A stretch of 37,265 nucleotides of DNA from Gemmatimonadota bacterium (GTDB lineage: Bacteria; Latescibacterota; UBA2968; UBA8231), in the NCBI GenBank assembly GCA_038128265.1, contig JAYPJE010000043.1, forward strand, positions 1 to 37,265, given 5' to 3'. The notes beneath the pieces were generated by a model that saw nothing but the letters and a program-made list of their open reading frames with translations, did no database searches and was not told where the DNA came from. The position numbers were made by a program, and so were the translations under genes. Positions 6,249 to 16,361 of the stretch are shown here, in pieces (within the stretch, counting starts at the first letter, position 1; the number at the start of each line of letters is the position of its first letter).

Positions 6249-8110
6249 TGGCATCGATACCTGCAGCGGCCCACCCGCTGGAAACAACCATCCATCGCGA
6301 AGAAAAGCGCTACCTCATTTGCATATGGGCCCTCCAACTCGTCCAGCTCATAGAAGGGGGCGAAGCCCTCAACGAACGCGCTACCCAATCGCTGCGCATC
6401 GCGCGCACCTATGCCGATGAAGCCCTCGGGGCGCGCATTGACCAACTGCTGCGTGAAGCCGGAAACGAAGAGGGATTGCACGCCGAAGATGAAATCGTCG
6501 GTCGCCCTTCCCCGACGGACGACGACCTCTTTGGCGATGATGACGAAGACTTGGAGTATGAAGACGATGACGTTGTCTTCCCCGATGACGAACCCGCACC
6601 GCCGAGCGGATTATTCGAGCAAGAGGACGATGTCGGCGTGGACTCCAAACGGCTAGATACGCCCTCACTCGATCTAGACCAGGAGGAAACGCCCGGATTC
6701 ATCCCCTCAAAGGGCGAGCGAAAAGAGAGCAAAATCGGCAAGAGAGACCAAGAGAGCGATCTCTTCCCCGAAGAAGAAGAAACGCCCGGATTTGTCCCCT
6801 CAAAAGGCGAGCGAAAAGAGAGCAAAATCGGCAAGAGAGACCAAGAGAGCGATCTCTTCCCCGAAGAAGAGGAAGGGTCCGATGCCGATCTGCTTCACAA
6901 CAACCTGGAGGACCAAGCAGCAGACGATCCACGCGAAGGAGATGTCTTTGACACAGGCGACCCAACGGAACTCTTTGCAGAAGAGGACGATGCGGAAAAG
7001 GGCGCTTCGACCGATGGCGTGCCCCTGAGCGAAGAGCAAATGGATCCAGCAGAAACGGCAGAACCGGAAAGCGGCGAACAACCCGAAGCTGTTGCCACTA
7101 AAGGAAAACAGAAAAAGAGCACGGTCGGCAAACGTCCAAAAAGCGACCCCGACAACGAGCTCGAAGACAGAGACCCCGATAACGAAGATGCCCAGCCAAC
7201 CGCAGAACAGGCCGAGGAGGGCGAGGGCGAGCCCTCCGCAGATGCACCGGACGAAAACCCCGAAGAGAAACGCAAAGAGCAGCTAAAGGCACAGGCAAAA
7301 CAGAGCAGAAAGACCTCCGCCCAGCGCGCCCTGGACCGCAAAAAAAGAGCCAAGGAACGCTTTGAACAGCGGAAAAAACAGCGCGAAGAAAGCGAGGCTG
7401 AAGGCGGCGAACAGGCCGGCGAAGAGCAGCTTTTTTCACTCGAAGACCAGCTGGCAAAGATAGCCCATATCGTGACGGTAGATCGCCTCGAGGAGAAACT
7501 CGGGGCACAGGTCATACCGGAAGATCGCCTGCGCCTCGAACGCCAACTGGCAAAGAAGCTGCGCGAAGCGCCCATTCGCTCGCTGCTGGATCGCGCACAG
7601 GAGCAGAACCTATCGCTGGTTTTGGTTCCGCGGCTCAACCGACTCATCCGCGATGGCCAACTGCTCAAGATTACCGGTGCTAACATCCTGCGCAGCTATC
7701 CCCAGTTTTTTGAGAACGTGCAGCAGGTCGCTCTCAAACTGCGCACAGAGGCTCACTTTCTACAAGAATCACCCAGTGTAGGCTGGGCCATTACAACGGC
7801 GGAGGTCCTGCCTTCTTCGCGCAACACCTCCTACATCCAGCAGAAACAGCTCCTAAAGCAGCACGCGCAAAGCCATCAGACAAACGAAATGCAGGTGCGC
7901 CGGCGCACGCTGATAGAGGCCCTCTACGATCTAATCGTGACAAAGGTCGTGACCGGAACCGATCTTCTCAGCACTACGGCCGATTTGACCGAATCGAGCT
8001 TGGGACGTCAGAATATGGTTTTTATCAACGTGGGCGAAAACGGCATCCGCATCAGCGATATCGGCCGTCAGCAGACGCATCCGCAGCTCGGCGTTTGCCC
8101 CAACTGGTAG
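6248..8110 (+). CDS. Hypothetical protein (620 aa): helical N-terminus, long acidic disordered linker, C-terminal globular domain (possibly CLec/FGE-like)
   Basis: ATG at 6248 coupled to the upstream stop; D/E-rich region about 6480-7440; C-terminal WAITTAEVLPSSRNTSYIQQKQLL...RTLIEALYDLIV...LGVCPNW. Confidence 0.8.
   Translation: MASIPAAAHPLETTIHREEKRYLICIWALQLVQLIEGGEALNERATQSLRIARTYADEALGARIDQLLREAGNEEGLHAEDEIVGRPSPTDDDLFGDDDEDLEYEDDDVVFPDDEPAPPSGLFEQEDDVGVDSKRLDTPSLDLDQEETPGFIPSKGERKESKIGKRDQESDLFPEEEETPGFVPSKGERKESKIGKRDQESDLFPEEEEGSDADLLHNNLEDQAADDPREGDVFDTGDPTELFAEEDDAEKGASTDGVPLSEEQMDPAETAEPESGEQPEAVATKGKQKKSTVGKRPKSDPDNELEDRDPDNEDAQPTAEQAEEGEGEPSADAPDENPEEKRKEQLKAQAKQSRKTSAQRALDRKKRAKERFEQRKKQREESEAEGGEQAGEEQLFSLEDQLAKIAHIVTVDRLEEKLGAQVIPEDRLRLERQLAKKLREAPIRSLLDRAQEQNLSLVLVPRLNRLIRDGQLLKITGANILRSYPQFFENVQQVALKLRTEAHFLQESPSVGWAITTAEVLPSSRNTSYIQQKQLLKQHAQSHQTNEMQVRRRTLIEALYDLIVTKVVTGTDLLSTTADLTESSLGRQNMVFINVGENGIRISDIGRQQTHPQLGVCPNW
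6686..6871 (+). repeat. In-frame tandem duplication, 2 x 93 bp (31 aa)
   Basis: Copies 6686-6778 and 6779-6871 encode ETPGF(I/V)PSKGERKESKIGKRDQESDLFPEEE; 4 nucleotide differences. Confidence 0.95.
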
Positions 8111-8154
8111 GTGCCTGCCGCGCTGCACATCCTGCTAACGGCCATTCCGCCGAC

Positions 8155-9390
8155 CTACGCATCCCCCGGTTGGACTTGCCCAACGCGCGGCCGATACGTC
8201 GGGAAATAGCCGTAGTCGACAAGGCTGATGCGCCGCCCCGGCCGCGCCCATTCGACCCCCAGCTCTGAAAAGAGTTTGCCCTCCGCCCAAGCGCGCTGTA
8301 CAAGCGTGCTCATCCCCTCGAAGACCCTTGCTCCTTCCGCATCGATGCGCTGAAGCGCGCCAGGCAGTGGACGAATAGGCGACGATTCGAAACTGCCACA
8401 GATGCAGAGGGTCTGTGCCCGCGTCAGGGCCAGCGGACAGCGCAGCGGCTCTGCGCCGGCTATGGAAGCGATGACGTTGGGCAACACGAGAGGCCCCGCG
8501 TCGGCGCTGGCCCATTCTTCACACCTGCCATCGGCCAGACGCACCCGCGCCGCACCGCCGTAGTCCAGTTCGATTTCGCCGGCTTCTCCAATCAGCTTAA
8601 AAACGGGATTGACGTTTTCCTCCGTGCAGTGACTCACGACAAAGAAAACGTCGACCCCCTCGTCGGTCTCGGCCCGCAGTGCGGCCGTATCCGCCGACTC
8701 GATTGCGTTGGCCCTGTACAGTTCGGCCTGCACCGCCGTGGGCTGTAGCGCTTTACCCGGCTCGGCGCTGCCCATAATGCACATGATATTGACCGCGTGG
8801 GACAGCGCGTTATTGTGTGGACTATCGAGGACCCAGGTATCGCCCACCGCCAGTGCGCCAGCCCATTGATTTCTGCCGTAATAGCTCGCACCGCGCGGCC
8901 AGCATCCAAAGGAACGCACTTCTTTGATACGGCCGAGCATACCTGAGCAAACAGCCTCTTTAACCCGCAGATAGTCCGGATTGTAGGCATGCTGGTACCC
9001 CACCGCGCAAAAGCCGCGGCTGCCCGCCTCGACCGCCAGCATCGCATCGACGTCCTGGATGCTGCCAGCTGCCGGCTTTTCTACCAGCGCATTGCATTGG
9101 GCCTCCAGCACTGCTATCGCCATAGACCGGTGCAGCGGAATACCCGTCGGAATGCAGACGACATCCAGCTCTCCGCGCATTTCGGCCAGCATTTCACGCA
9201 GGCTGGCAAAAACGCCAACCCCTCGCTTGCCCAGGGCAGCCACCTCATCGGCAAAGGCCTCTCTGTCCGCCGCTATGGCCACCTGTGCCACCTGCTCGCC
9301 TAGGCCGGCTTCTTCTACCGACTGGATGTATTTCTTGTGCGTGCGGGCAAATCCCCCCATGCCCACCAACCCTATTTTTGCTGAACCCAT
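8155..9390 (-). CDS. Gfo/Idh/MocA family oxidoreductase
   Basis: IGLVGMGGFA Rossmann motif, VEKP motif, DSPHNNALSH. Confidence 0.9.
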   Translation of the reverse strand: MGSAKIGLVGMGGFARTHKKYIQSVEEAGLGEQVAQVAIAADREAFADEVAALGKRGVGVFASLREMLAEMRGELDVVCIPTGIPLHRSMAIAVLEAQCNALVEKPAAGSIQDVDAMLAVEAGSRGFCAVGYQHAYNPDYLRVKEAVCSGMLGRIKEVRSFGCWPRGASYYGRNQWAGALAVGDTWVLDSPHNNALSHAVNIMCIMGSAEPGKALQPTAVQAELYRANAIESADTAALRAETDEGVDVFFVVSHCTEENVNPVFKLIGEAGEIELDYGGAARVRLADGRCEEWASADAGPLVLPNVIASIAGAEPLRCPLALTRAQTLCICGSFESSPIRPLPGALQRIDAEGARVFEGMSTLVQRAWAEGKLFSELGVEWARPGRRISLVDYGYFPTYRPRVGQVQPGDA

Positions 9391-9406
9391 ACTGTCTCCT
9401 CGCCGA

Positions 9407-10366
9407 TTAGGCGGCCGAAAAATCGCACGTATGCAGCGTCGCAGCCCGGTCCATTTCTTCGCGATGGAATCCAGTCAGCGCAGCTGCCCGCACGCCGTCG
9501 CGCACCTCGGCCACACTCTTGGCACCCGTTAACACCAGCGATACACAGGGATTGTCAAGCACCCAGCGCAGCGCCGCCTGCGGCATGGTTTCGATCGGAT
9601 CTCTCACTAAAAAGGACAGCGCTTCAACGCGCTCGACGCGCGCCTCAATCTCCGCTCGATCGTAGCGCGCATTCAGCGTGCCCGGCGCAAACTCCGTATC
9701 GCGCCGAATCTGCCCCGAGAGAAAGCCATTGGCCAGCGCTTCGCGGGCCACTACGCCAATACCCGCCCCGCCCAAATCGGCAATCAGGGTCTGTGCTTCG
9801 CGATTGAGCAGGCTGTAGACCACCTGAACCACATCGATTTTGCGCTGCTGAGCCCACTCGCGCGCCATACCCTCCGTGTCGGCAAACTTCGAAATAGAGT
9901 GGCCGATACAGCGCACTGTACCCGCTTCTTTTAGGCGATCCAATTCCTCCCATATATCGTCGTCAATCTCTTCAGCGGCAAACGGCGAGTGAAAAAACAG
10001 CACGTCGATGTAGTCGGTGCGCAGCCGCTGCAGGCTCTCTTCAACGGATTGCCGAGCCTGAGCCGCGCAGAAATTAGGGCGATTGCCCTCCGTTGGCTTG
10101 CGACCAAATTTGGTCGAAATAACCACTTCGCCGCGCCCCCTGCGCAACCCTCTACCCAGAATTTCTTCAGCTATACCGTCGCGTTCGCTGTTGCCGTACA
10201 GCGGGGCTGTATCAAAAAAGTTGATCCCCGCATCGCGCGCGGCAGAGATAGCCTCGACTGCCGCGGCTTCTTCTACCACCCCGTAGACGGCCGAATTAAA
10301 TGCCCACGTGCCCAATCCAATGGCACTGCACTCAATTCCCGTGCGCCCCAGCTTGCGGTACTCCAT
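9407..10366 (-). CDS. Aldo/keto reductase (start likely ATG 10366; alternative 10402)
   Basis: MEYRKLGRTG...IGLGTW, FFDTAPLYG, ISTKFG, SLQRLRTDYID, QVVYSLL, AALRWVL. Confidence 0.92.
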   Translation of the reverse strand: MEYRKLGRTGIECSAIGLGTWAFNSAVYGVVEEAAAVEAISAARDAGINFFDTAPLYGNSERDGIAEEILGRGLRRGRGEVVISTKFGRKPTEGNRPNFCAAQARQSVEESLQRLRTDYIDVLFFHSPFAAEEIDDDIWEELDRLKEAGTVRCIGHSISKFADTEGMAREWAQQRKIDVVQVVYSLLNREAQTLIADLGGAGIGVVAREALANGFLSGQIRRDTEFAPGTLNARYDRAEIEARVERVEALSFLVRDPIETMPQAALRWVLDNPCVSLVLTGAKSVAEVRDGVRAAALTGFHREEMDRAATLHTCDFSAA

Positions 10367-10469
10367 ATCCCTATTGCTCCTTATTGTGATGCCCTTTGAC
10401 ATCCCTTATCTTCAACGGAATGTGCAATCCACCATTTAGTTCATCGCGCGCAAACCCTTTACTCGCTTT

Positions 10470-12419
10470 ATGACCGAAACGCACGCAACCCACTCAGGCG
10501 TCACCTTCCGTTCGCTGCTGGCCGGTTCGCTTATCGCCTTTTGCATTAGCGTCGGCGCCCCCTACGGCAATATGGTGTTGCGCGGTTCCTATTTGGCACT
10601 CGACTTCAGCACGGCCGGTGCCATCTTCCTGTTTTTTCTCTTTGTCTTTGTCGTCCACTCCCTGCTCGGGCTGCTCCACCCAAGCCTGGCATTTCGCCGC
10701 CAGGAATTGGTCGTGGTCTACATCATGGGCATCGTGGGCTGTTCCATACCGACGATGGGGCTCACCGAGTATTTGCTGCCCATCATCAGCGGTGCCGTCT
10801 ACTATGCCAGCCCAGAGAACGAATGGGCCGAACTGATCCATCCCTACATTCGCAGTTGGCTAGTTCCACAGGACTACGAGGCCGTCAAATTCTTTTACGA
10901 GGGAGCGCCGCGCAACTACGCCCTGCCCTGGGAGGTATGGCTCAAACCGCTGGCGGCGTGGGTGCCGCTCATACTATCGATTTATTTTTCGATGATTTGC
11001 ATCAGCGTCGTGCTGCGGCGCCAGTGGATCGTGCGCGAACGCCTGGCCTTCCCCCTGGTGCAGGTGCCCATGGCCATGATAGAAGACGGCGAACGCCCCT
11101 CCATACTCAAGCCCTTTTTTAAAAGCGGGCTTATGTGGGCAGGCTTTGCGCTGCCCTTTATCGTCGGCTCCATGCGCGCGCTGCACAATTACTACAACTT
11201 TATTCCAGGTGTCAATTTACAGACGAGCATTCCGCTTTTTCGCAATACGACCGCCCTGCAAATCGTTCTTTCCTTCCCCATGCTCGGGTTTTCCTACTTC
11301 GTCAACCTAGAGATTGCCTTTGCCATCTGGTTTTTTAATCTGCTGGCGCGGGTGCAGGAGGGTATCTTCGGCGTTATTGGCATTACCAGCACGCAAAAGC
11401 TCTACTATGCAGGTGCTTTTCCCGTGCTAGCCCACCAGGGAATGGGGGCGATGCTCGTGCTTTCTGTTCTGGGGCTATGGACGGCGCGCACGCATCTAGC
11501 CGAGGTCTGGCGCAAGGCGACTAAGGGCGACCCCGACATAGACGACTCGGATGAAATGCTTTCCTATCGAACGGCCGTCTTCGGACTTATGCTGAGCAAT
11601 GCGCTCATTTTTGCCTGGCTGTGGATGGCCGGCATGGCCTGGTGGGTGCTACCCATATATCTGACGGCCATGTATTTACTGTTTATTGCCGTCACGCGCG
11701 TCGTCGCCGAAGGCGGTATCGCCGCTGCGCGCGCCCCGCTGATCGCTTCCGACTTTGTGACTTCTGGACTCGGCAACACTCTGCTAGGGCCCCATACCCT
11801 GACCGCCCTTGGCTTCACCTTTGTGTGGGCAGCCGATATTCGCACCTTCGTGCTAGCGTCGTGTGCCAACGGGCTCAAACTGGCCGAAGACACGCTGGGC
11901 AAAAACAAGCGCAGCCTATTCTGGGCCATCGCAATTGCCATCGTCGTCAGCATGGCCACGTCTATCGTCACCGTTCTCCATCTGAGCTATGCCTATGGCG
12001 GCATCAATCTCAACGGCTGGTTTTTTGGACCAACCGGCGGCCCCGTCTACCCGTTTAACTTTATCAGCGGTCACCTCAACGACCCCCAGGGGCCCAATAT
12101 AGTCGGCTGGATTTCGACCATTTCAGGGGGTGCCGTCATGGGGCTGCTCATGCTGGCGCGTCAGCATTTCTTATGGTGGCCACTGCACCCGCTGGGCTTT
12201 GCCGTCAGCACGATCTCGATGACCAACTACATCTCTTTTAGCGTATTCTTGGCCTGGCTTATCAAGAGCATCATGCTGCGCTATGGCGGCCCTTCGCTCT
12301 TTCAGCGCGCACGGCCCTTTTTTCTCGGTCTCATTCTCGGGCAATTTGCCGTGGCCGGCATCTGGCTTATCATAGACTATCTGACCGGGATGACGGACAA
12401 CAACATATACTGGGTTTAA
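10470..12419 (+). CDS. Multi-pass membrane protein, DUF6785/DUF6784-like putative peptide transporter
   Basis: 649 aa with many TM segments; ELVVVY, LRRQW..RERLAFPLVQVP, TRVVAEGG, WWPLHPLGF and RYGG...RPFFLGLILG motifs. Confidence 0.8.
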   Translation: MTETHATHSGVTFRSLLAGSLIAFCISVGAPYGNMVLRGSYLALDFSTAGAIFLFFLFVFVVHSLLGLLHPSLAFRRQELVVVYIMGIVGCSIPTMGLTEYLLPIISGAVYYASPENEWAELIHPYIRSWLVPQDYEAVKFFYEGAPRNYALPWEVWLKPLAAWVPLILSIYFSMICISVVLRRQWIVRERLAFPLVQVPMAMIEDGERPSILKPFFKSGLMWAGFALPFIVGSMRALHNYYNFIPGVNLQTSIPLFRNTTALQIVLSFPMLGFSYFVNLEIAFAIWFFNLLARVQEGIFGVIGITSTQKLYYAGAFPVLAHQGMGAMLVLSVLGLWTARTHLAEVWRKATKGDPDIDDSDEMLSYRTAVFGLMLSNALIFAWLWMAGMAWWVLPIYLTAMYLLFIAVTRVVAEGGIAAARAPLIASDFVTSGLGNTLLGPHTLTALGFTFVWAADIRTFVLASCANGLKLAEDTLGKNKRSLFWAIAIAIVVSMATSIVTVLHLSYAYGGINLNGWFFGPTGGPVYPFNFISGHLNDPQGPNIVGWISTISGGAVMGLLMLARQHFLWWPLHPLGFAVSTISMTNYISFSVFLAWLIKSIMLRYGGPSLFQRARPFFLGLILGQFAVAGIWLIIDYLTGMTDNNIYWV

Positions 12420-12429
12420 TCCACCGCAC

Positions 12430-13077
12430 GTGCTACCTCTACTGCGCCCGGCTGCAACAGCCTTGGCTCTGGCCCTCGTACTGCTGCCGCTGGCTAGCCC
12501 CATACCACGGCGAAATACCGAACAAGATCAGCGCGCACTGCGGAATGCGGAGTGCGAATACCGCGGCATAACGGCCACTTATGAAGAAATAAGCAAGGCC
12601 TACATCATAGAAACCTATGCCCGCGGTCACCTCGTCCGGTGGCAGGTCGATACGAGTCCAACCAACCCCGATAGCGAGTCGTTGGTTACGGCTATCTACC
12701 AGGTAGACTTGCCGGCCAAGGAAGATCCGCGACCGGCCATTGATCAGCTGCGCCGCGCCGCCCCTCCCCACCTCGGCATCACCTGGCGCTACAGCACGCT
12801 GGCGGCCACGCGCATCGAACCAGCCAACGACTACGCGCGCGATGCCTTAGAGACCTTTACCCACACCGTCAACGCCTTTATCGATCGCATGGCCGTCGCC
12901 GTTGAAGACATCGCGCTAGCCCACGCACCCAACGCTACCCCTGCGCCAGACTTGAGCGTCCCTAAAGGGACAGTGCTGCTCGTCGAAGCGCACAGTGCGG
13001 ACTGGGTCGAAGTCCGCCAGCCCGGAACCGCACTGCGCGGATGGACATCGTCGCGCTCACTCCAATCTGTTGAATAA
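12430..13077 (+). CDS. Exported hypothetical protein with C-terminal SH3-like domain
   Basis: Hydrophobic signal-like N-terminus; [34 protein letters not shown] coupling to the next gene. Confidence 0.6.
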   Translation: MLPLLRPAATALALALVLLPLASPIPRRNTEQDQRALRNAECEYRGITATYEEISKAYIIETYARGHLVRWQVDTSPTNPDSESLVTAIYQVDLPAKEDPRPAIDQLRRAAPPHLGITWRYSTLAATRIEPANDYARDALETFTHTVNAFIDRMAVAVEDIALAHAPNATPAPDLSVPKGTVLLVEAHSADWVEVRQPGTALRGWTSSRSLQSVE

Positions 13078-13778
13078 TGTCAACCGTCATTAAAATCCGC
13101 GAACTGACCAAGACCTATGATATGGGGGCAACGCAGGTGCACGCGCTGCGCGGCCTCTCCCTCGACATCGCAGTCAACGAGTACGTCGCCATTATGGGGC
13201 CTTCGGGCTCGGGTAAATCCACGCTGCTCAACATCTTGGGCTGTCTCGATGTCTCCACTGCTGGCAGCTACGAACTCAACGGGCAGGAGGTCAGCGAGAT
13301 GGACGACGACGCGCTGGCTCACATCCGCAACCGAGAAATAGGTTTTGTATTTCAGACCTTCAACCTGCTGCCGCGCTCCAACGCGCTCGACAACGTCGAG
13401 CTGCCGCTGGTCTACAGCAGCATTGCCGCTGGAGAGCGCCAGCAGAGAGCAAAGAAGGCGCTCGACTCCGTCGGCCTGGCCGATCGCATGCACCACCGCC
13501 CCAACGAGCTATCCGGCGGGCAGCGCCAGCGCGTGGCCATCGCCCGCGCCTTGGTGAACGATCCGGCGATTATTTTGGCCGACGAGCCCACCGGCGCCCT
13601 CGACACGCGCACCGGCGAAGAAATTATGGAGCTTTTTCGCCAGCTTCACGCGCAGGGGAACACCATTATTTTGGTGACGCACGAAGAGGAAATTGCCTGC
13701 TACAGCCACCGCATCGTGCGGTTCCGCGACGGCGTCATAGAACGCGATGAACCCGTCGCACCGGAGCAGCGCGCATGA
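13077..13778 (+). CDS. ABC transporter ATP-binding protein (MacB/LolD-like)
   Basis: GPSGSGKST Walker [31 protein letters not shown]. Confidence 0.95.
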   Translation: MSTVIKIRELTKTYDMGATQVHALRGLSLDIAVNEYVAIMGPSGSGKSTLLNILGCLDVSTAGSYELNGQEVSEMDDDALAHIRNREIGFVFQTFNLLPRSNALDNVELPLVYSSIAAGERQQRAKKALDSVGLADRMHHRPNELSGGQRQRVAIARALVNDPAIILADEPTGALDTRTGEEIMELFRQLHAQGNTIILVTHEEEIACYSHRIVRFRDGVIERDEPVAPEQRA

Positions 13779-14956
13779 GATTCATATGCCTCCTTTGCCT
13801 CCTCTGCATTGGCGCCTGTAGCGGTGCGCCAAGCGATGTGCCCCTGCATACGGTCGAGCGCGGTCCATTCTCGGTCACCCACTTTGAGGGCGGCGAAGTA
13901 CAGGCAGCCGAAGGCGATGTTATCACTTCGCCGCGCATTGGCGGCCGTCTTAAAATCACCGATTTAGCTCCAGAGGGCAGCCAGGTCGACGTCGACGACC
14001 TCATAATACGTTTTGATCCGGCTGAATTCATTGACGATATGAGCAATCGCGAAGGCCAACTCCTGGAAGCGCAGTCGGACTTTGAAAAGGCCAAGGCCCA
14101 GCGCAACCAGCGCTTGGCCGACCTAAAGCGAAAAATTGAACAGCAAGAAGCGGCGCTGCGCCTGGCTGAGCTCAATATGGAACGCCAGCGCTTTGCCTCG
14201 CCCATAGACCAAGAGCAGGCTCAAATCGCCAAGGAAAAGGCCGAGCGAAGCCTAAGTGAAGCGCGCGAGGATTCAGTCGCACAAGAGGTAATTAATCGGG
14301 TCGATTTTCAGAGCCACCGAATCAATATTGCGCGGCGGCAGGAGCGCTACGACCGGGCGCGCGACAACTACGATCGCACCCGCGTCTATGCGAGCAAGCC
14401 CGGCATTGTCGTCTACCGCAAGATCCGCAAGCGCGGCGCTGAAGGCGAATCCAAAGTTTCCGTTGGCGACGATATTTGGGGCGGCCATGCGCTGATCGAC
14501 TTACCCGATCTCTCCAAGATGCAGGTGCGCTGTCTCGTCGGCGAGATGGATATAAAGCGCCTGGCAATTGGCCAAAAGGCATTTATTCGCTTGGAGGCTT
14601 TTCCTGGACCGGTCTTTCACGGCCAAGTGGCAAAGATCGCCCCCATGGCCACTCCGCAGCCCGATGCGCGCAACATACGCGTATTTGAGGCCCTCGTCGA
14701 CATTGCCGAAGAGGACAACCGCCTCAAACCCGGTATGTCGGCCGAGGTTGCGGTAACCATTGAGCACTACGACAACGTGCTTTCCGTGCCGCTATCCGCG
14801 GTGGTGTACCAGAACAAAAATCGCTTTGTTTATCGACTCGATGAGCGTGGAGTAGAGCGCGTAGAAGTCGCACTTGGCTCGCGCAACAGCAGCTCCGTTA
14901 TTATCGAAAGCGGCCTGCGCGAGGGCGATCGCATTTCGCTCGCTCCGCCGCACTGA
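13775..14956 (+). CDS. Periplasmic adaptor / membrane fusion protein (MacA/HlyD-like), lipoprotein
   Basis: Lipobox [12 protein letters not shown] lipoyl half, coiled coil, [23 protein letters not shown]. Confidence 0.9.
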   Translation: MRFICLLCLLCIGACSGAPSDVPLHTVERGPFSVTHFEGGEVQAAEGDVITSPRIGGRLKITDLAPEGSQVDVDDLIIRFDPAEFIDDMSNREGQLLEAQSDFEKAKAQRNQRLADLKRKIEQQEAALRLAELNMERQRFASPIDQEQAQIAKEKAERSLSEAREDSVAQEVINRVDFQSHRINIARRQERYDRARDNYDRTRVYASKPGIVVYRKIRKRGAEGESKVSVGDDIWGGHALIDLPDLSKMQVRCLVGEMDIKRLAIGQKAFIRLEAFPGPVFHGQVAKIAPMATPQPDARNIRVFEALVDIAEEDNRLKPGMSAEVAVTIEHYDNVLSVPLSAVVYQNKNRFVYRLDERGVERVEVALGSRNSSSVIIESGLREGDRISLAPPH

Positions 14957-14987
14957 CCTCCGCGCATCGCGAAAGGATTGCGTTACC

Positions 14988-16358
14988 TTGTCCTCAGAAG
15001 AGCAGCAACAAAACACACGGTTCGTCAGGCGCGGGCTTCCCTTTGCCGTACCGCTCGTTGCCGCGTTGGTCTATTGGGCCATCGTCAGCCCGCAGGATCA
15101 GATCGACGCCGACCTGGTGACGTACCCGGTTGAACAGGGTGAGTTCGTTATCTCACTGCACCTAAAGGGGGGCGAATTAGAAGCGGTAGAAGCGGAAAAT
15201 GTCGTCGCCCCACGCGTGCGCGGTGAGCTTAAAATAACCCACCTCTTTCCCGAGGGAGAAAAGGTCGATGTGGGCGACTTGCTGGTTCAGTTTGAACCGA
15301 GCGAATTCCAGAAGCGCCTGGCCGACGACGAACAGCAGCTGGAACAGGCGCGCGCCGAATTGGTTAAAACCCAGGCTACTCAAAAAGCGGAAGTATCCGG
15401 TCTGGAGGCGGCCATCGCCAACGAAGAGGCCAACTTGCGCCTGGCCGAACTACAGGTCGAACGCATGGCCTTCGAAGCCACCGTGGAAAAAGAGCGTGCA
15501 CAGATAGAAGCGCGCAAAGCCAAGCTAGGCTACCAGCAGGCAACGGAAAAACTGCAGGCGCAGAAAATTGTCAACGAGGCAGAAATCAAGAAGCGAGAGC
15601 TCAATATCGAGCGCCAGCAGCGCGATTTGGAGCGAACGCAAAAGGAATTGGCGGAAATCACCATCAATGCAGAGAAACCCGGACTCGTGGTATACGGCAA
15701 GGTTTGGAAGGGCAGCGGCCCCGAGAAAATCCGCGTCGGTGACAATATTTGGGGCGGCGTCAATATCATATCCCTACCCGACCTGTCGCGCATGCAGGTT
15801 AAGACCTATGTCAACGAGGTAGATGTCGACAAGCTAGCCATCGGTCAGTACGCCACCATAAAGCTCGATGCCCTACCCGGGCCGACCTTCACGGGCAAAA
15901 TCTCGAGCATCGCCACTCTCGGCCGCGAAAAAGAGGGCGAAAAAAACGTCAAGGTCTTTGATATAACCGTCGAAATTTCCGAACAGGACGAACGCTTAAA
16001 ACCGGGTATGACGGCCACCAGCGAGGTCATTATTGAAACCATTCCTCCGCGGCCGCAGACAAAAGTTGACTCCATCCAACCCCCGCCCAGCAGCGAGGTC
16101 ATCGCTTCTTCTGCGCCACTCCCGCTGTATGTCCCCCTCGATGCCATCTTTGAAAAGGATGGCCGAACGGTCGTCTACCGTCTCGTCGGCGGACAGACCG
16201 AAGAGACCGAAGTCGCGCTGGGCAAGCGCAACGACAACTACGTCGTTATTGAAAACGGTCTTGCACCCGACGACCGCGTCGCGCTGCACGACCCGTCCCT
16301 AGTCGGCGATGACATAAGCGGTACCGCAAGCGGCGGCAATCAGGCCGGGGAGCCCTAG
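14988..16358 (+). CDS. Second periplasmic adaptor / membrane fusion protein (start likely TTG 14988)
   Basis: N-terminal TM anchor, LFPEGEKVDVGD, LPDLSRMQV, LKPGMTA; paralog of the upstream gene. Confidence 0.88.
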   Translation: MSSEEQQQNTRFVRRGLPFAVPLVAALVYWAIVSPQDQIDADLVTYPVEQGEFVISLHLKGGELEAVEAENVVAPRVRGELKITHLFPEGEKVDVGDLLVQFEPSEFQKRLADDEQQLEQARAELVKTQATQKAEVSGLEAAIANEEANLRLAELQVERMAFEATVEKERAQIEARKAKLGYQQATEKLQAQKIVNEAEIKKRELNIERQQRDLERTQKELAEITINAEKPGLVVYGKVWKGSGPEKIRVGDNIWGGVNIISLPDLSRMQVKTYVNEVDVDKLAIGQYATIKLDALPGPTFTGKISSIATLGREKEGEKNVKVFDITVEISEQDERLKPGMTATSEVIIETIPPRPQTKVDSIQPPPSSEVIASSAPLPLYVPLDAIFEKDGRTVVYRLVGGQTEETEVALGKRNDNYVVIENGLAPDDRVALHDPSLVGDDISGTASGGNQAGEP

Positions 16359-16361
16359 CGC

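Noticed and set aside
6686..6871. Repeat pair as DGR template/variable repeat or CRISPR
   Set aside because: Copies are adjacent, in frame and without spacers; differences are not confined to adenines of one copy; no reverse transcriptase or cas gene in the window
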